From assembly GCA_964016885.1 (NCBI GenBank), contig OZ024766.1, positions 4,464,001 through 4,528,000 of the forward strand: 64,000 nt of DNA. The letters run 5' to 3'. Position numbers and translations under genes: made by a program. The stretch's first letter is position 1; each line of letters starts with the position of its first letter. This document shows positions 26,414-41,757 of the stretch, in pieces. The DNA is from Eledone cirrhosa. Its lineage: Eukaryota. Below the pieces are notes generated by a model. The model worked only from the letters and a program-made list of their open reading frames with translations, ran no database searches and was not told the DNA's origin.

Positions 26414-26670
26414 AATAAAATAACAGGAGGCTGGACTTGTGTAAATCCTTGAAAGGTTTATTATACTATGATCATTTCAATGACCGGGTCCCGTATGAAT
26501 CCGGTGATATCATCAGGTATTCGAAATATACATTCAGGTATACATTCATTTATAATATTTCGAATACCTGATGATATCACAGGATTCATACGGAACCCGG
26601 TCATTGAAATGATCATAGTATAATAAACCTTTCAAGGATTTACACAAGTCCAGCCTCCTGTTATTTTATT
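26414..26670. ncRNA. Fold-back element (family B) with two hammerheads: 26463-26520 (-) and 26564-26621 (+)
   Basis: ATAC-CTGATGA-stem II (AT.ACCGG/CCGGT.AT)-GAAA-TGATCA-TA-GTAT-AATAAA. Confidence 0.75.
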
Positions 26671-26679
26671 TTATTTTAA

Positions 26680-26930
26680 TTATTATGTAATAAACAACAT
26701 AAGGCAATTATTCCATTTACCAGTGGTTTCTTAAAAGCAAAAGGTTTTGCTTTCAATCCTCAGAATGAAAAAATCCTGGTTTGTTTATTGAATTTGGATC
26801 TTCATAGATCCAAATTCAATAAACAAACCAGGATTTTTTCATTCTGAGGATTGAAAGCAAAACCTTTTGCTTTTAAGAAACCACTGGTAAATGGAATAAT
26901 TGCCTTATGTTGTTTATTACATAATAATAA
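26680..26930. ncRNA. Perfect fold-back element (family C) with two hammerheads: 26712-26769 (-) and 26838-26895 (+)
   Basis: TTCATT-CTGAGGA-TTGAAAGCAAAA.CC.TTTTGCTTTTAA-GAAA-CCACTGG-TA-AATGGA; ~115-bp arms centred near 26803. Confidence 0.8.
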
Positions 26931-26995
26931 TTAAGCTCTGTTGTTTACATAGAGCACTCTTTTTTCCTGGACTTTTCCGACGGAATTACTTCATT

Positions 26996-27035
<40 letters not shown>

Positions 27036-27182
27036 GGCTGCAAACTCTGCCAAGGGTGTTGCAATCGCTTGTTAGATTCAGATGTGGGACGCTCGGATAT
27101 GGCTTTTCAACCCTTCTAGAGACTTGCACTCCTTCACACACGGACGACAACGATGGATCTCCCTGGCCTGAGGTCCTGCATT

Positions 27183-27262
27183 TTCTGAAAACAGATTTTC
27201 TCCTTATGATACAGGGGCCCGGCCCGGCCCTGTGTCATAAGGAGAAAATCTGTTTTCGGGAA
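27183..27262. repeat. Short inverted repeat (~33-bp arms)
   Basis: GAAAACAGATTTTCTCCTTATGATACAGGG ... CCCTGTGTCATAAGGAGAAAATCTGTTTTC. Confidence 0.75.
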
Positions 27263-27312
27263 TTTTTTTTAGATTTTTCCATTGTTTTATAGAATGTCAA
27301 CTGCGGACTTGT

Positions 27313-28615
27313 TAAACCCTTCCACCACCAACACCACCACTGAACCCTTCCACCACCAACACCACCACCACCATTTAACCCTTCCACCACCAACACCACC
27401 ACCACCATTTAACCATTCCACCAACACCACCACCACCATTTAACCATTCCACCAACACCACTACCACCATTTAACCATTCCACCAACACCACCACCACCA
27501 TTTAACCATTCCACCAACACCATCACCACCATTTAACCATTCCACCAACACCACCACCACCATTTAACCATTCCACCAACACCACCACCACCATTTAACC
27601 ATTCCACCAACACCACCACCACCATTTAACCATTCCACCAACACCACCACCACCATTTAACCATTCCACCAACACCACCACCACCATTTAACCATTCCAC
27701 CAACACCACCACCACCATTTAACCATTCCACCAACACCACCACCACCATTTAACCATTCCACCAACACCATCACCACCATTTAACCATTCCACCAACACC
27801 ACCACCACCATTTAACCATTCCACCAACACCACCACCACCATTTAACCATTCCACCAACACCACCACCACCATTTAACCATTCCACCAACACCACCACCA
27901 CCATTTAACCATTCCACCAACACCACCACCACCATTTAACCATTCCACCAACACCATCACCACCATTTAACCATTCCACCAACACCACCACCACCATTTA
28001 ACCATTCCACCAACACCACCACCACCATTTAACCATTCCACCAACACCACCACCACCATTTAACCATTCCACCAACACCACCACCACCATTTAACCCTTC
28101 CACCACCAACATCACTACCACCATTTAACCATTCCACCAACACCACCACCACCATTTAACCATTCCACCAACACCATCACCACCATTTAACCATTCCACC
28201 AACACCACCACCACCATTTAACCCTTCCACCACCAACACCACTACCACCATTTAACCATTCCACCAACACCACCACCACCATTTAACCATTCCACCAACA
28301 CGACAACCGCTTAACCATTCCACCACCACCACTACCATCACCACCATCATCACAACCACCACTGCCACCACCACTATCATCACCACTGCCACCACCACTA
28401 CCATCACCACAACCACCACCACAACCACCACCATCACCACAACCACTACCATCACCACAACCACTACCATCACCACCACCACTACCATCACCACCATCAT
28501 CACAACCACCACTGCCACCACCACTACCATCACCACTGCCACCACCACTACCATCACCACTGCCACCACCACTACCACCGCCACTGCCACCACCATCACT
28601 ACCACCACCACAACC
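27313..28615. repeat. 31-bp minisatellite (~32 copies) grading into an (ACC)n microsatellite
   Basis: Unit TTTAACCATTCCACCAACACCACCACCACCA up to ~28320, then ACC/ACT/ATC triplets. Confidence 0.92.
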
Positions 28616-28954
28616 ATGTTAACGTTGTTCAACTATCTTAAGCCACGCCCACAATTTAAGGGCCTCCCATTTTATATTCCCCCCCCCCCCCCCCTCCTCC
28701 TTCACAATTCATATCTTTACTGCTTTGCCGATGACATTGAATTCACTTCCACACACACGTGTACCCATGTAGGGCCTTTTCACTCCTGGGTACACACGTG
28801 TACCCAGGAGTGAAAAGGCTCTACATTGAATATATGCAGAAGTTATATTTAATTTGTTGGGATTCCAACAAACTTAAAAGTTTATAACTGATATAGAACA
28901 CTCAACAGCTTATTGGAGTAAATATTCAATATATTAATAAATGAAAACCATAAT

Positions 28955-29019
28955 TATTTTATTATATATTTTTCAAGGGCAACCAAGGCAATCTTGGTGC
29001 GCTTTCATCAGATAAAATA
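28955..29019 (-). ncRNA. Family A hammerhead (element ~28835-29085)
   Basis: TATTTTAT-CTGATGA-AAG.GCACCAAG..CTTGGTTGC.CTT-GAAA-AATATA-TA-ATAAAATA. Confidence 0.7.
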
Positions 29020-29085
29020 CAAAATTTGTTTTATAAATAGTGACATAACCATGGAAAACAACCTTGACGGTTGAAAATTCGCTGG

Positions 29086-29863
<778 letters not shown>

Positions 29864-29956
29864 CAAAGGTATATATTGAGTTAGGAACTCAAAACTCCCT
29901 CGCGATTTGAACACACATGTATATATCTGTGTTCGTTTTTCCTTTACATTCAATTA

Positions 29957-29998
<42 letters not shown>

Positions 29999-30140
29999 AG
30001 TAAGTAAGAACCCGATGGCTGATAGAATTAGTAAATTTGTATTCCATTGTTACTAAGTAGTCGCATTGGATGGTGTCAACCGACGTCGGAGATTCCTCAA
30101 CGTATAATAAAGTGTGTTTTAAAATCCAGAGAAAATATGG

Positions 30141-30332
30141 AGAAGTTTATGAAACGGAAATGCGGGTATAAAGAATTTATTAGGTAACAATTGTTTCTAT
30201 AGTGTATGGGTTACCTATACCTCGCTATTTGAATAATATTATTCAAATAGCGAGGTATAGGTAACCCATACACTATAGAAACAATTGTTACCTAATAAAT
30301 TCTTTATACCCGCATTTCCATTTCATAAACTT

Positions 30333-30335
<3 letters not shown>
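30141..30335. repeat. Near-perfect ~97-bp-arm palindrome carrying only the 3' half of a hammerhead
   Basis: Centre GAATAAT|ATTATTC at 30238/9; arm reads TATAG..CTATA-GAAA-CAATTG-TT-ACCT-AATAAA; no CUGANGA. Confidence 0.8.
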
Positions 30336-30372
<37 letters not shown>

Positions 30373-30405
30373 ATAAATGGAAAACTATATTTATAAAACC
30401 ATATT

Positions 30406-30471
30406 TATTTCATTATATATATTTCGGGGATATCATATTAACAATATGCTATGCCTTCATCAGACAAAATA
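30406..30471 (-). ncRNA. Family A hammerhead
   Basis: TATTTTGT-CTGATGA-AGGC..CATATT..AATATG..CCCC-GAAA-TATATA-TA-ATGAAATA. Confidence 0.65.
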
Positions 30472-30584
30472 CAATATAAACAGTTTTATTTAATATTGTA
30501 AATATACTCCAAATATTTGTCGAGTGCTTTTATATCAGTTATAAATATTTACTAGTTGTAACCCAACAATTTTAAATATAACTT

Positions 30585-30645
<61 letters not shown>

Positions 30646-30646
<1 letters not shown>

Positions 30647-31077
30647 TTGATATTAAATAAATGGAAACTATATTTATAGAACCATATTTATTCTATTATA
30701 TATATTTCAAGGGTACCAAAATTTTGGTACGCTTTCATCAGATAAAATACGAAGTATGTTTTATAAATATTTGACATATCCAATGATAATATACCTTAAC
30801 GGTTCAAGTTATCCATGGAAAGTTGATCCGTTAAGGTATATTATCCTTTGATATGTCAAATATTTATAAAACATACTTCGTATTTTATCTGATGAGAGCG
30901 TACCAAAGTTTTGGTACCCGTGAAATATATATAATAGAATAAATATGGTTTTATAAATATAGTTTCCATTTATTTAATATCAATGTATGTTATACTCCAG
31001 AAAATCTGTTGAGTGCTCTAAATCAGTTATAAACATTTATATTTGTTGAATTACCAACAAATTGAATATCCCTTCTG

Positions 31078-31080
<3 letters not shown>
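30646..31080. ncRNA. Family A fold-back with hammerheads at 30689-30749 (-) and 30881-30941 (+), plus the 3' tail to (TA)n
   Basis: TATTTTAT-CTGATGA-AAG.GTACCAAAA/TTTTGGTAC.CTT-GAAA-TATATA-TA-ATAGAATA; ~155-bp arms. Confidence 0.8.
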
Positions 31081-31137
<57 letters not shown>

Positions 31138-31142
<5 letters not shown>

Positions 31143-31340
31143 TAAAATGTTAATAAATGAAAAATATTCTCATAATCAAAATATATATTTTATTATACAT
31201 ATTTCAAAGGTACAATGGTGTTTAAGTACGTTTTCATCTGATGAAAACGTACTTAAACACCATTGTACCTTTGAAATATGTATAATAAAATATATATTTT
31301 GATTATGAGAATATTTTTCATTTATTAACATTTTAAATAA
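31138..31340. ncRNA. Perfect 100-bp-arm palindrome whose axis is the hammerhead core
   Basis: TTTTCATC-T-GATGAAAA centred at 31239; plus arm CTGATGA-AAA.GTAC..GTAC.TTT-GAAA-TATGTA-TA-ATAAAA; (TA)n on both sides. Confidence 0.75.
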
Positions 31341-31709
31341 TATATATATATATATATATATAAAATCTTTTCCTGGGTCCTGTATTTTCGTTGCTCTAGT
31401 GATGCGGCTGAACTGCCGACCGCTATATCTGATTTGCTAAGCTGTCTGAACGTAATGTTATTACTCTGGGGTCTTTCCTCATCTGAGTGCTCAAGCTACA
31501 GACCGATTATGCATATACGTTAGCTTGGCCGTATTCTAAAGCTTCGTCAATGCTGTACTAAAATTTATATATATATATAGATAGATAGATAAATCTACCA
31601 AAATATACGGTAGTGTCCAATCCGTATATATATCCTAGAAACGATCGTAAAATGATGAATTTTTTAATATAAGGAACTGTTTCTTTGTTTTTATTCATTA
31701 TTTTTATTA

Positions 31710-31772
<63 letters not shown>

Positions 31773-31962
31773 CAAAAGGGGTATTCAATTTGTTGGTGAT
31801 TCAACAAATATAAATGTTTATAACTGATTCAAAGCACTCGACAAGTTTTCTGGAGTATAATATTCAATGATATTAAATAAATACTTTACTATCCAGGAAG
31901 GAAAAACTTGAACCGTTAAGTTCTTCTTCCTGGTTATGTCAAAATTTATATAACAAACTTTG

Positions 31963-32023
31963 TATTTTATCTGATGAGGGCCTACCAAAGTTAAGGTACC
32001 CTTGAAATATATATAATAGAATA
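31963..32023 (+). ncRNA. Family A hammerhead (element 31770-32042)
   Basis: TATTTTAT-CTGATGA-GGG..TACC..GGTA..CTT-GAAA-TATATA-TA-ATAGAATA. Confidence 0.75.
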
Positions 32024-32434
32024 AATATGGTTTTATAAATATAAGGAAAACTGGGACAGCCACCTAGGGATCAGACCTCTGTAGGGGTTATTACAAAACC
32101 TTAAAGGATCCCATTTTTGAATGTATTTGTATAATTAAGTGATAATTTGTCATGAATTTAAAAAAATCGCAAGCAACACCAACACCCCACCACTTCACAA
32201 CTACCACCCCACCACTTCACAACTACCACCCCACCAGCACATCTCACCCCATCACAACCACCCCACCCCATCACAACCACCCCACCCCATCACAACTACC
32301 ACTCCACCACCTCACAACGACCACCCCACCAGCACACCTCACCCCCTCACAACCACCCCACCACCCCACCAGCACACCTCACCCCCTCCCACCATCACCC
32401 CTCCACCACCACCACCTTATCAGCTATGTTTAAC

Positions 32435-32590
32435 TATCGTAAGACACGCCCTCCTATCAGCGTTGTTCAGCTATCTCAAGTCACGCCCACAAACTAAGCA
32501 CCTCCCATTTTTTTTATTCCCCCTCCTCCTTCACAGTTTTATATCTTTACTGTCTAACCAATGAAATTGTTGAATTCACTTCTTCGGCAC
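32435..32590 (+). promoter_or_regulatory. Putative proximal promoter of the bHLH gene
   Basis: Two CACGCCC (KLF/SP-type) boxes at ~32444 and ~32482 and AACCAAT at ~32557, in a unique island 1.1 kb upstream of the ATG. Confidence 0.4.
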
Positions 32591-33668
32591 ACGTTCACAC
32601 ACACACACATGTACACACACACACGTTCACACACACACACACGTACACACACACACACACACATGTACACACACACACACACACACATGTACGTACACAC
32701 ACACATGTACACACACACACACACGCTCACACACACACACACACATGTACGTACACACACATGTACACACACACACACATGTACACACACACACATGTAG
32801 TCACATGTCTACACACGCAGGCACGTGCGTGTATACACACACACGCACGTATGCATAACATTAACACCAACAACAGTAACAACAACAACAGCAGCAGTAA
32901 AAATCAGCAGCAACAACAACAACACCAACACCAACAACAACAACAACAGCAGCAGCAGTAAACATCAGTAGCAGCAACAGCAACAACAGTAATAACAACA
33001 GCAACAACACCAACAACAGCAATATCAACAATAGCAACAACAACAACAGTTGTAGCAGCAACAACACCAACAACAGTAATATCAACAACACCAACAGCAG
33101 CAACAACAACAGCAGCAGCTGTAAACAACAACAACACCAGCACCATCAACACCAACAACAACAGCAGCAGCTGTAAACATCAGTAGCAGCACCAACAACA
33201 ACAACAACACCAACACCACCAACAACAGTAACAGCAACAACACCACCAATAACAGCAACACCACCAACAACACCAACACCACCAACAACAGTAACAGCAA
33301 CAACACCACCAATAACAGCAACACCACCAACAACACCAACACCACCAACAACAGTAACAGCAACAACAACAACAACACCACCAACAACAACACCACCAAC
33401 ACCACCAACAACAACAACACCACCAACAACAACAACACCACCAACAACAGCAACACCACCAACAACAACACCACCAACACCACCACCACCACCACCACCA
33501 CCAACACCAGCAACACCACCAACAACAGCAACAACAACACCAACAACGACACCAACAACAGTAATAACAACAGCAACAACACCAACAGCAGTAGCAGCAG
33601 CAGCAGCAGCAGCAGCTGTAAACATCAGCAGCAACCGCGGCACAGCAGCAGCAGCAGCAGCAGCAGTA
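32590..33668. repeat. (CA)n followed by (CAA/CAC/CAG)n low-complexity sequence (probable 5' UTR)
   Basis: Directly visible. Confidence 0.9.
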
Positions 33669-33691
33669 TTTCTGGGGCTCCAGACGACGTG

Positions 33692-35921
33692 ATGAACGTC
33701 AGAGGTGTGACATACAACGAGACGACACTGGAGATATTACTACAACAACAACAACAACAGCAGCAGCAGCCTCTGTCACCGCCGCCGCCACCACACCAGC
33801 CTCTGTCACCGCCGCCGCCACCACCACCACACCAGCCTCTGTCACCACCACCGCCACCACCACCACCGCGACAACAACAGCAGCCTCCGTCTCCACCGCC
33901 GCCACCACCACGACAACAGCAGCAGCAGCCTCTGTCTCCACCACCGCCTCCGCCACAACAACAGCCTCTGTCTCCACCACCGCCTCCGTCGCCGCCGCCG
34001 CAACAGCAGCCTCTGTCGCCACCACCGCCACAGTCACCTTCACCACCGCCACCGACACCACACCACCAACAACAACAACAACAACAAGAGCACAACAACA
34101 ACAACAACTTAAGCAAAACGCCGCCGCCCCACCACTCCCGCCTACTACTACAACAACAACAGCAGCGACCTCTCGTGGACAGAAGCTTCACCATCACGGC
34201 CACCACCGCCGCCACCGCAGCCATCAACATCACCACCCCCCTGGGAGTTAACAGCGGCCTGCTGCAACCCCACCACCACCACTACCACCATCACCACCAC
34301 CACCTCCTCCAGCATCAACGCCGCCGCCGACACCACCACCACCACCACCACCACCCGCCGTCGCCACAACAGCCGTCACCGTCACCACCACCACCAACAA
34401 CAACAACACGCCGCCGCCACCACCACCGACGACGACGACGACGACGCCGCCACCACCACCGGCTCCTCCGAATCGGATTATCCAAACGGAAGCCCCGCCG
34501 CCATCACCGACTTCACCACCTCCGCCATCACCGACTTCACCACCACCACCACCACCGCCGCCGCCGACGAAGCTGATATAACAGACATCCCCGCCACCGA
34601 CAACACCGCCAACAACAACGCTGCCGCCGCAACCACCACCACCACCACCACCACTTCTTTCATCATCACCGCCGCCGCCTCCACTGTCAACAACAGTCCG
34701 ACGGCAACTGGCCTTATCGCCGCCGCCGCCTCCACCACCACCACGACCAACAACAACAACAACAACCACCACCACAACCACCAACGTCGTCACCTCCTCC
34801 ACAATCTCAACAACGACACCACCACCACCAACACTTCCACCACCATCGCCGCTCACAACAACAACAACAACACCAACGAGAACTATTTTCACCTGAACAA
34901 CAACAACAACAACAACAACAACAGCAGCAACAACAACAGCGGCAACATTAGTAGTAGTAGTAGCAGCGGCAGCAGTAGTAGTAGCGGCAGCCACCGACAC
35001 CACCACCACCACCACCACCGACACCACCGGCAACAACAACAACAACAACAACATAGGAACAACGAAAACAACAACAACAACAGGAACATCAGTAACATCA
35101 GCAACAGCAATACCACACTTACTACATATCATAACACCACCAACAACAACAGGAACAACAACAACAACAACAACAACAGGAACAACAACAACAACAACAA
35201 CAACACCACACTTACTACATACCATAACAACAGCAACAACAACAACAACAACAACAACAATCACCGCCGCCATCATCATCACCACCACCACCACCACAGC
35301 AGCAGCAGCAGCAGCAAGAAGAAGCACGGCGAACAGAAAATGGTGAGACTGAACATAAACGCGAGGGAGCGGCGGCGCATGCATGACCTGAACGACGCCC
35401 TCGACGAGTTGAGGGCGGTCATCCCGTACGCGCACTCGCCCTCCGTCCGCAAGCTTTCCAAGATCGCCACCCTGCTCCTTGCCAAGAACTACATCTTGAT
35501 GCAGGCCAACGCCCTGGAAGAGATGCGGCGCATGATCGCCTACATGAACCAGACGTCCGTCCAGGCGGCGGCTGCGGCGGCCGGGCAGCCGCCCCCGCCG
35601 CAGCACCACCACGGGCCGCTTCCGCCGTCGTCGTCGCAGCAGCACCACGGGCCGCTTCCGCCGCCGCCGCCGCCGCCTCCTCATCCCACTTCTTGCCTGG
35701 ACGCCTACAGCGCCGCCGCCGCCGCCGCTTTCGGGGGCCGCCACCCGGGCGAAATGTCGGTCGCCGCCGTCGCCGCAGCAGCAGCCGCCGCCGCCTCCGA
35801 CAAGTGTACCTCGGTTTACGTCCGGTCAACACATCATCGGAAGTCCGGTAAGTACAAACTACTACTACTACTACTACTATTACTACTACAACAAAAGTAC
35901 CACACGTTGTTTTGTTTATAA
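33692..35921 (+). CDS. BHLHE22: Beta3/Olig-family bHLH transcription factor (BHLHE22/23-like) with a long low-complexity N-terminus; one frame discrepancy between 34113 and 34576
   Basis: [63 protein letters not shown] (from 35343) is the BHLHE22/23/Oli bHLH. Its frame is open 34113-35921 with no ATG before 35340. The nearest upstream ATG (33692) is in another frame open to 34576. Domain call is secure; the start is not. Confidence 0.85.
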
Positions 35922-35964
35922 TATACATACACATAAATAATAAATGTTTCGGTAAGAAAGGTAA

Positions 35965-36203
35965 AGGGAAAGAGTGTGCTCTATGTAGGCTACAGAGCTT
36001 TTTAGTTACGTAATAAACAACATAAGGCAATTATTCCATTTACCAAAGGTTTCACGAAGACAGACGGACTCGACAATCCATATCTTACATCCACTTCAAA
36101 TAAAATTTCATTCTGATAAGCGATTTCAGACGTCTGTGTCGAGCTTACCTGTCTTCATGAAACCTTTGGTAAATGGAATACTTGTCTTATGTTGTTTATT
36201 ACA
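35965..36203. ncRNA. Family C fold-back directly 3' of the bHLH ORF; decayed hammerhead at 36107-36177 (+)
   Basis: TTCATT-CTGATAA-...-GAAA-CCTTTGG-TA-AATGGA; the inverted arm TAATAAACAACATAAGGCAATTATTCCATTTACC is shared with 26690-26720. Confidence 0.6.
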
Positions 36204-36277
36204 CATACATACATATATATATATATATATATTCAATGATATTAAATAAATGGAAACTATATTTATAAAACCATATT

Positions 36278-36338
36278 TATTCTATTATATATATTTCAAG
36301 GGTACCAAAACTTTGGTAGGCTTTCATCAGATAAAATA
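36278..36338 (-). ncRNA. Family A hammerhead (element 36232-36490)
   Basis: TATTTTAT-CTGATGA-AAG..TACCAAA/TTTGGTA..CTT-GAAA-TATATA-TA-ATAGAATA. Confidence 0.78.
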
Positions 36339-36487
36339 TAAAGTTTGTTTTATAAATATTGACATATCCAGGAAGATCTTAACGGCTCAAGTTTTTCCTG
36401 GATACTCCAGAAAATCTGTAGAGTACTTTGAACCAGTTATAAACATTTATATTTGTTGAATTACCAACAAATTAAATATCCCTTTCG

Positions 36488-36524
<37 letters not shown>

Positions 36525-36692
36525 AATTAAAAAGAACAGAAAGATGCAGTAAAAGATTTATTCGGTTCTTACGTATGTTTCAATAGACATCAATTTGCCT
36601 AGATCTCGCTACATCTATAATATTATATATTTAATAGAGCATTCGATATCCAATGCACAATCGATCCCATATCATCAGAGATTGTGTTTCAT

Positions 36693-36731
<39 letters not shown>

Positions 36732-36807
36732 AGAAGTTATATTTAATTTGTTGGGATTCCAACAAACTTAAAAGCGAATTTTCAACCGTCATAATATATA
36801 TATGTAA

Positions 36808-36872
<65 letters not shown>

Positions 36873-36959
36873 GTCCTCCAAAAATGTATACATACTTCAA
36901 CAGCATTCTAATTAATATTGCCAGTGCAGGTAATCAAAGTGTGGGGGAGGGCATATCCA

Positions 36960-37005
<46 letters not shown>

Positions 37006-37216
37006 ATATATGTGTATATATGTGTGTGTATATATGTGTATGTATATACTATCGGGTCCCAAATAATAGGGGGGGGGGGGGGTTACAAAGTCCGTGATTT
37101 TTTTCTAGACTGTCTCCGTTGATTTTCTTTTTATAAAAACCAGAATTAGTCGTTTAGTTTACATATTGAGACCCCAAACCATCCTATTTATTTTATAACA
37201 TATGGGATTTCTAGTT

Positions 37217-38911
37217 ACGTTGTACCGTCAGCCCCCTTCACGGCAACGTTGTACCGTCATCCCCCTTCACGGCAACGTAGCACCCTCATCCCCCTTCACG
37301 ACAACGTTGTACCGCCATCCCCCTTCACGACAACGTTGTAGCGTCAACCCCCTTCACGACAACGTTGTACCGCCATCCCCCTTCACGACAACGTTGTACC
37401 GCCATCCCCCTTCACGACAACGTTGTACCGTCAGCCCCCTTCACGGCAACGTAGCACCCTCATCCCCCTTCACGACAACGTTGTACCGCCATCCCCTTCA
37501 CGACAACGTATCACCCTCAGCTCCCTTCACGACAACGTTGCACCGTCAGCCCCCTTCACGACAACGTAGCCCCTTCAGCCCCCTTCACGACAACGTAGCC
37601 CCCTCAGCCTCCTTCACGACAACGTTGTACCGCCATCCCCTTCACGACAACGTAGCCCCCTCAGCCACCTTCACGACAACGTTGTACCGTCATCCCCCTT
37701 CACGACAACGTTGTACCGCCATCCCCTTCACGATAACGTATCACCCTCAGCCCCCTTCACGACAACGTAGCACCCTCAGCCCCCTTCACGACAACGTTGC
37801 ACCGTCAGCCCCCTTCACGACAACGTAGCCCCTTCAGCCCCCTTCACGACAACGTAGCCCCCTCAGCCTCCTTCACGACAACGTTGTACCGCCATCCCCT
37901 TCACGACAACGTAGCCCCCTCAGCCACCTTCACGACAACGTTGTACCGCCATCCCCCTTCACGACAACGTTGTACCGCCATCCCCCTTCACGACAACGTT
38001 GTACCGTCAACCCCCTTCACGATAACGTATCACCCTCAGCCCCCTTCACGACAACGAAGCCCCCTTCACGACAACGTTGTACCCTCAGCCCCCTTCACGA
38101 CAACATAGCACCCTCAGCCCCCTTCACGACAACGAAGCCCCCTTCACGACAACGTTGTACCCTCAGCCCCCTTCACGACAACATAGCACCCTCAGCCCCC
38201 TTCACGACAACGAAGCCCCCTTCACGACAACGTTGTACCGTCAGCCCCCTTCACGGCAACGTAGCACCCTCATCCCCCTTCACGACAACGTTGTACCGCC
38301 ATCCCCTTCACGACAACGTATCACCCTCAGCTCCCTTCACGACAACGTTGTACCGTCATCCCCTTCACGACAACGTTGTACCGTCAGCCCCCTTCACGAC
38401 AACGTAGCCCCTTCAGCCCCCTTCACGACAACGTTGTACCGTCAGCCCCCTTCACGGCAACGTAGCCCCCTCAGCCACCTTCACGACAACGTTGTACCGT
38501 CATCCCCCTTCACGACAACGTATCACCCTCAGACCCTTCACGACAACGTTGTACCGTCAGCCCCCTTCACGGCAACGTAGCACCCTTATCCCCCTTCACG
38601 ACAACGTTGTACCGCCATCCCCTTCACGACAACGTATCACCCTCAGCCCCCTTCACGACAACGTTGTACCCTCAGCCCCTTTCACGACAACATAGCACCC
38701 TCAGCCCCCTTCACGACAACGTAGCCCCCTCAGCCCCCTTCACGATAACGTACCACCCTCAGCCCCCTTCACGACGATGTTGTACCGTCAGCCCCCTTCA
38801 CGACAACATTGTACCGTCAGCCCCCTTCACGACAACGTTGTACCGTCAGCCCCCTTCACGACAACGTAGCCTCCTCAGCCCCCTTCACGACAACGTAGCA
38901 CCCTCATCCCC
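37217..38911. repeat. CpG-rich ~29-bp variant minisatellite, about 58 copies
   Basis: Invariant CCCCTTCACGACAACG plus a variable half (TTGTACCGTCAG, TAGCACCCTCAG, TATCACCCTCAG and others). Confidence 0.93.
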
Positions 38912-39045
38912 ACCCAACACTATTTCATGACAGAGCTACACGCAAATTATAAATAGTATATAATAAATAAAATCATGAATTTATATAGAATAAATTATAT
39001 ATTATTTATTTTACTATATAATATATATTTATATATTATATATTA

Positions 39046-40870
<1,825 letters not shown>

Positions 40871-40936
40871 ACTATATATATATATATATACTCAATGTGA
40901 TTAAATAAATGGAAACTATATTTATAAAACCATATT

Positions 40937-40997
40937 TATTCTATTATATATATTTCAAGGGTACCTTAACTTTGGTAGGCCCTCATCAGATAAAATA
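40937..40997 (-). ncRNA. Family A hammerhead (element 40890-41190, near-identical inverted copy of 31770-32042)
   Basis: Same core and stems as 31963-32023. Confidence 0.75.
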
Positions 40998-41186
40998 CAA
41001 AGTTTGTTTTATAAATTTTGACATAACCAGGAAGAAGAACTTAACGGTTCAAGTTTTTCCTTCCTGGATAGTAAAGTATTTATTTAATATCATTGAATAT
41101 TATACTCCAGAAAACTTGTCGAGTGCTTTGAATCAGTTATAAACATTTATATTTGTTGAATTACCACAAATTGAATACCCCTTTTG

Positions 41187-41220
<34 letters not shown>

Positions 41221-41715
41221 TTAAAACAATGAAATAAATAAATATATATATATATATATATATATAGTATATATTATAAAGTATGTCCATAGAATCATTT
41301 GATAATATATATACACCATTTCCTCTCCCAATTAGCACAATCAACCACACAAAAAAATGGAAGGTGTTTTTTCATATATGAGTGTTTGAATTTCTTTTTA
41401 CTTAAAAAAACGGGGCTCACGAAGGCTTTTTTTTAATAAACGCAACTTATAAACGTTTATAAACGTTATAATATATATATATATTAATATATAATATATA
41501 ATATATATATATATATGTCCATAGAATCATTTTATAAGATATATACACCATCTCCTCTCCCAATCACCATAATCAACCACACAAAAAAAAAACAATTAAA
41601 CCAGGCTATAAGATTAAAAGGCACCTATGAAGAAATAGTCGATAAATAAACGACAGCCATCTATTCGCGATCAACAGCCATAGAATATTTACCCAACATT
41701 TCAATAGCAACAGTT

Positions 41716-41757
<42 letters not shown>

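Noticed and set aside
34248-36030. Long antisense ORFs over the bHLH gene
   Set aside because: Shadow frames of GC-rich trinucleotide coding sequence.
36250-36459. Recurrent small ORF METIFIKPYLFYYIYFKG (also 31818, 40909, 63775)
   Set aside because: Antisense reading of the family A hammerhead element; stops and indels vary between copies.
37217-38911. Repeat-spacer appearance resembling CRISPR
   Set aside because: Variable parts are ~13 bp, mutually related and reused; it is a variant minisatellite.
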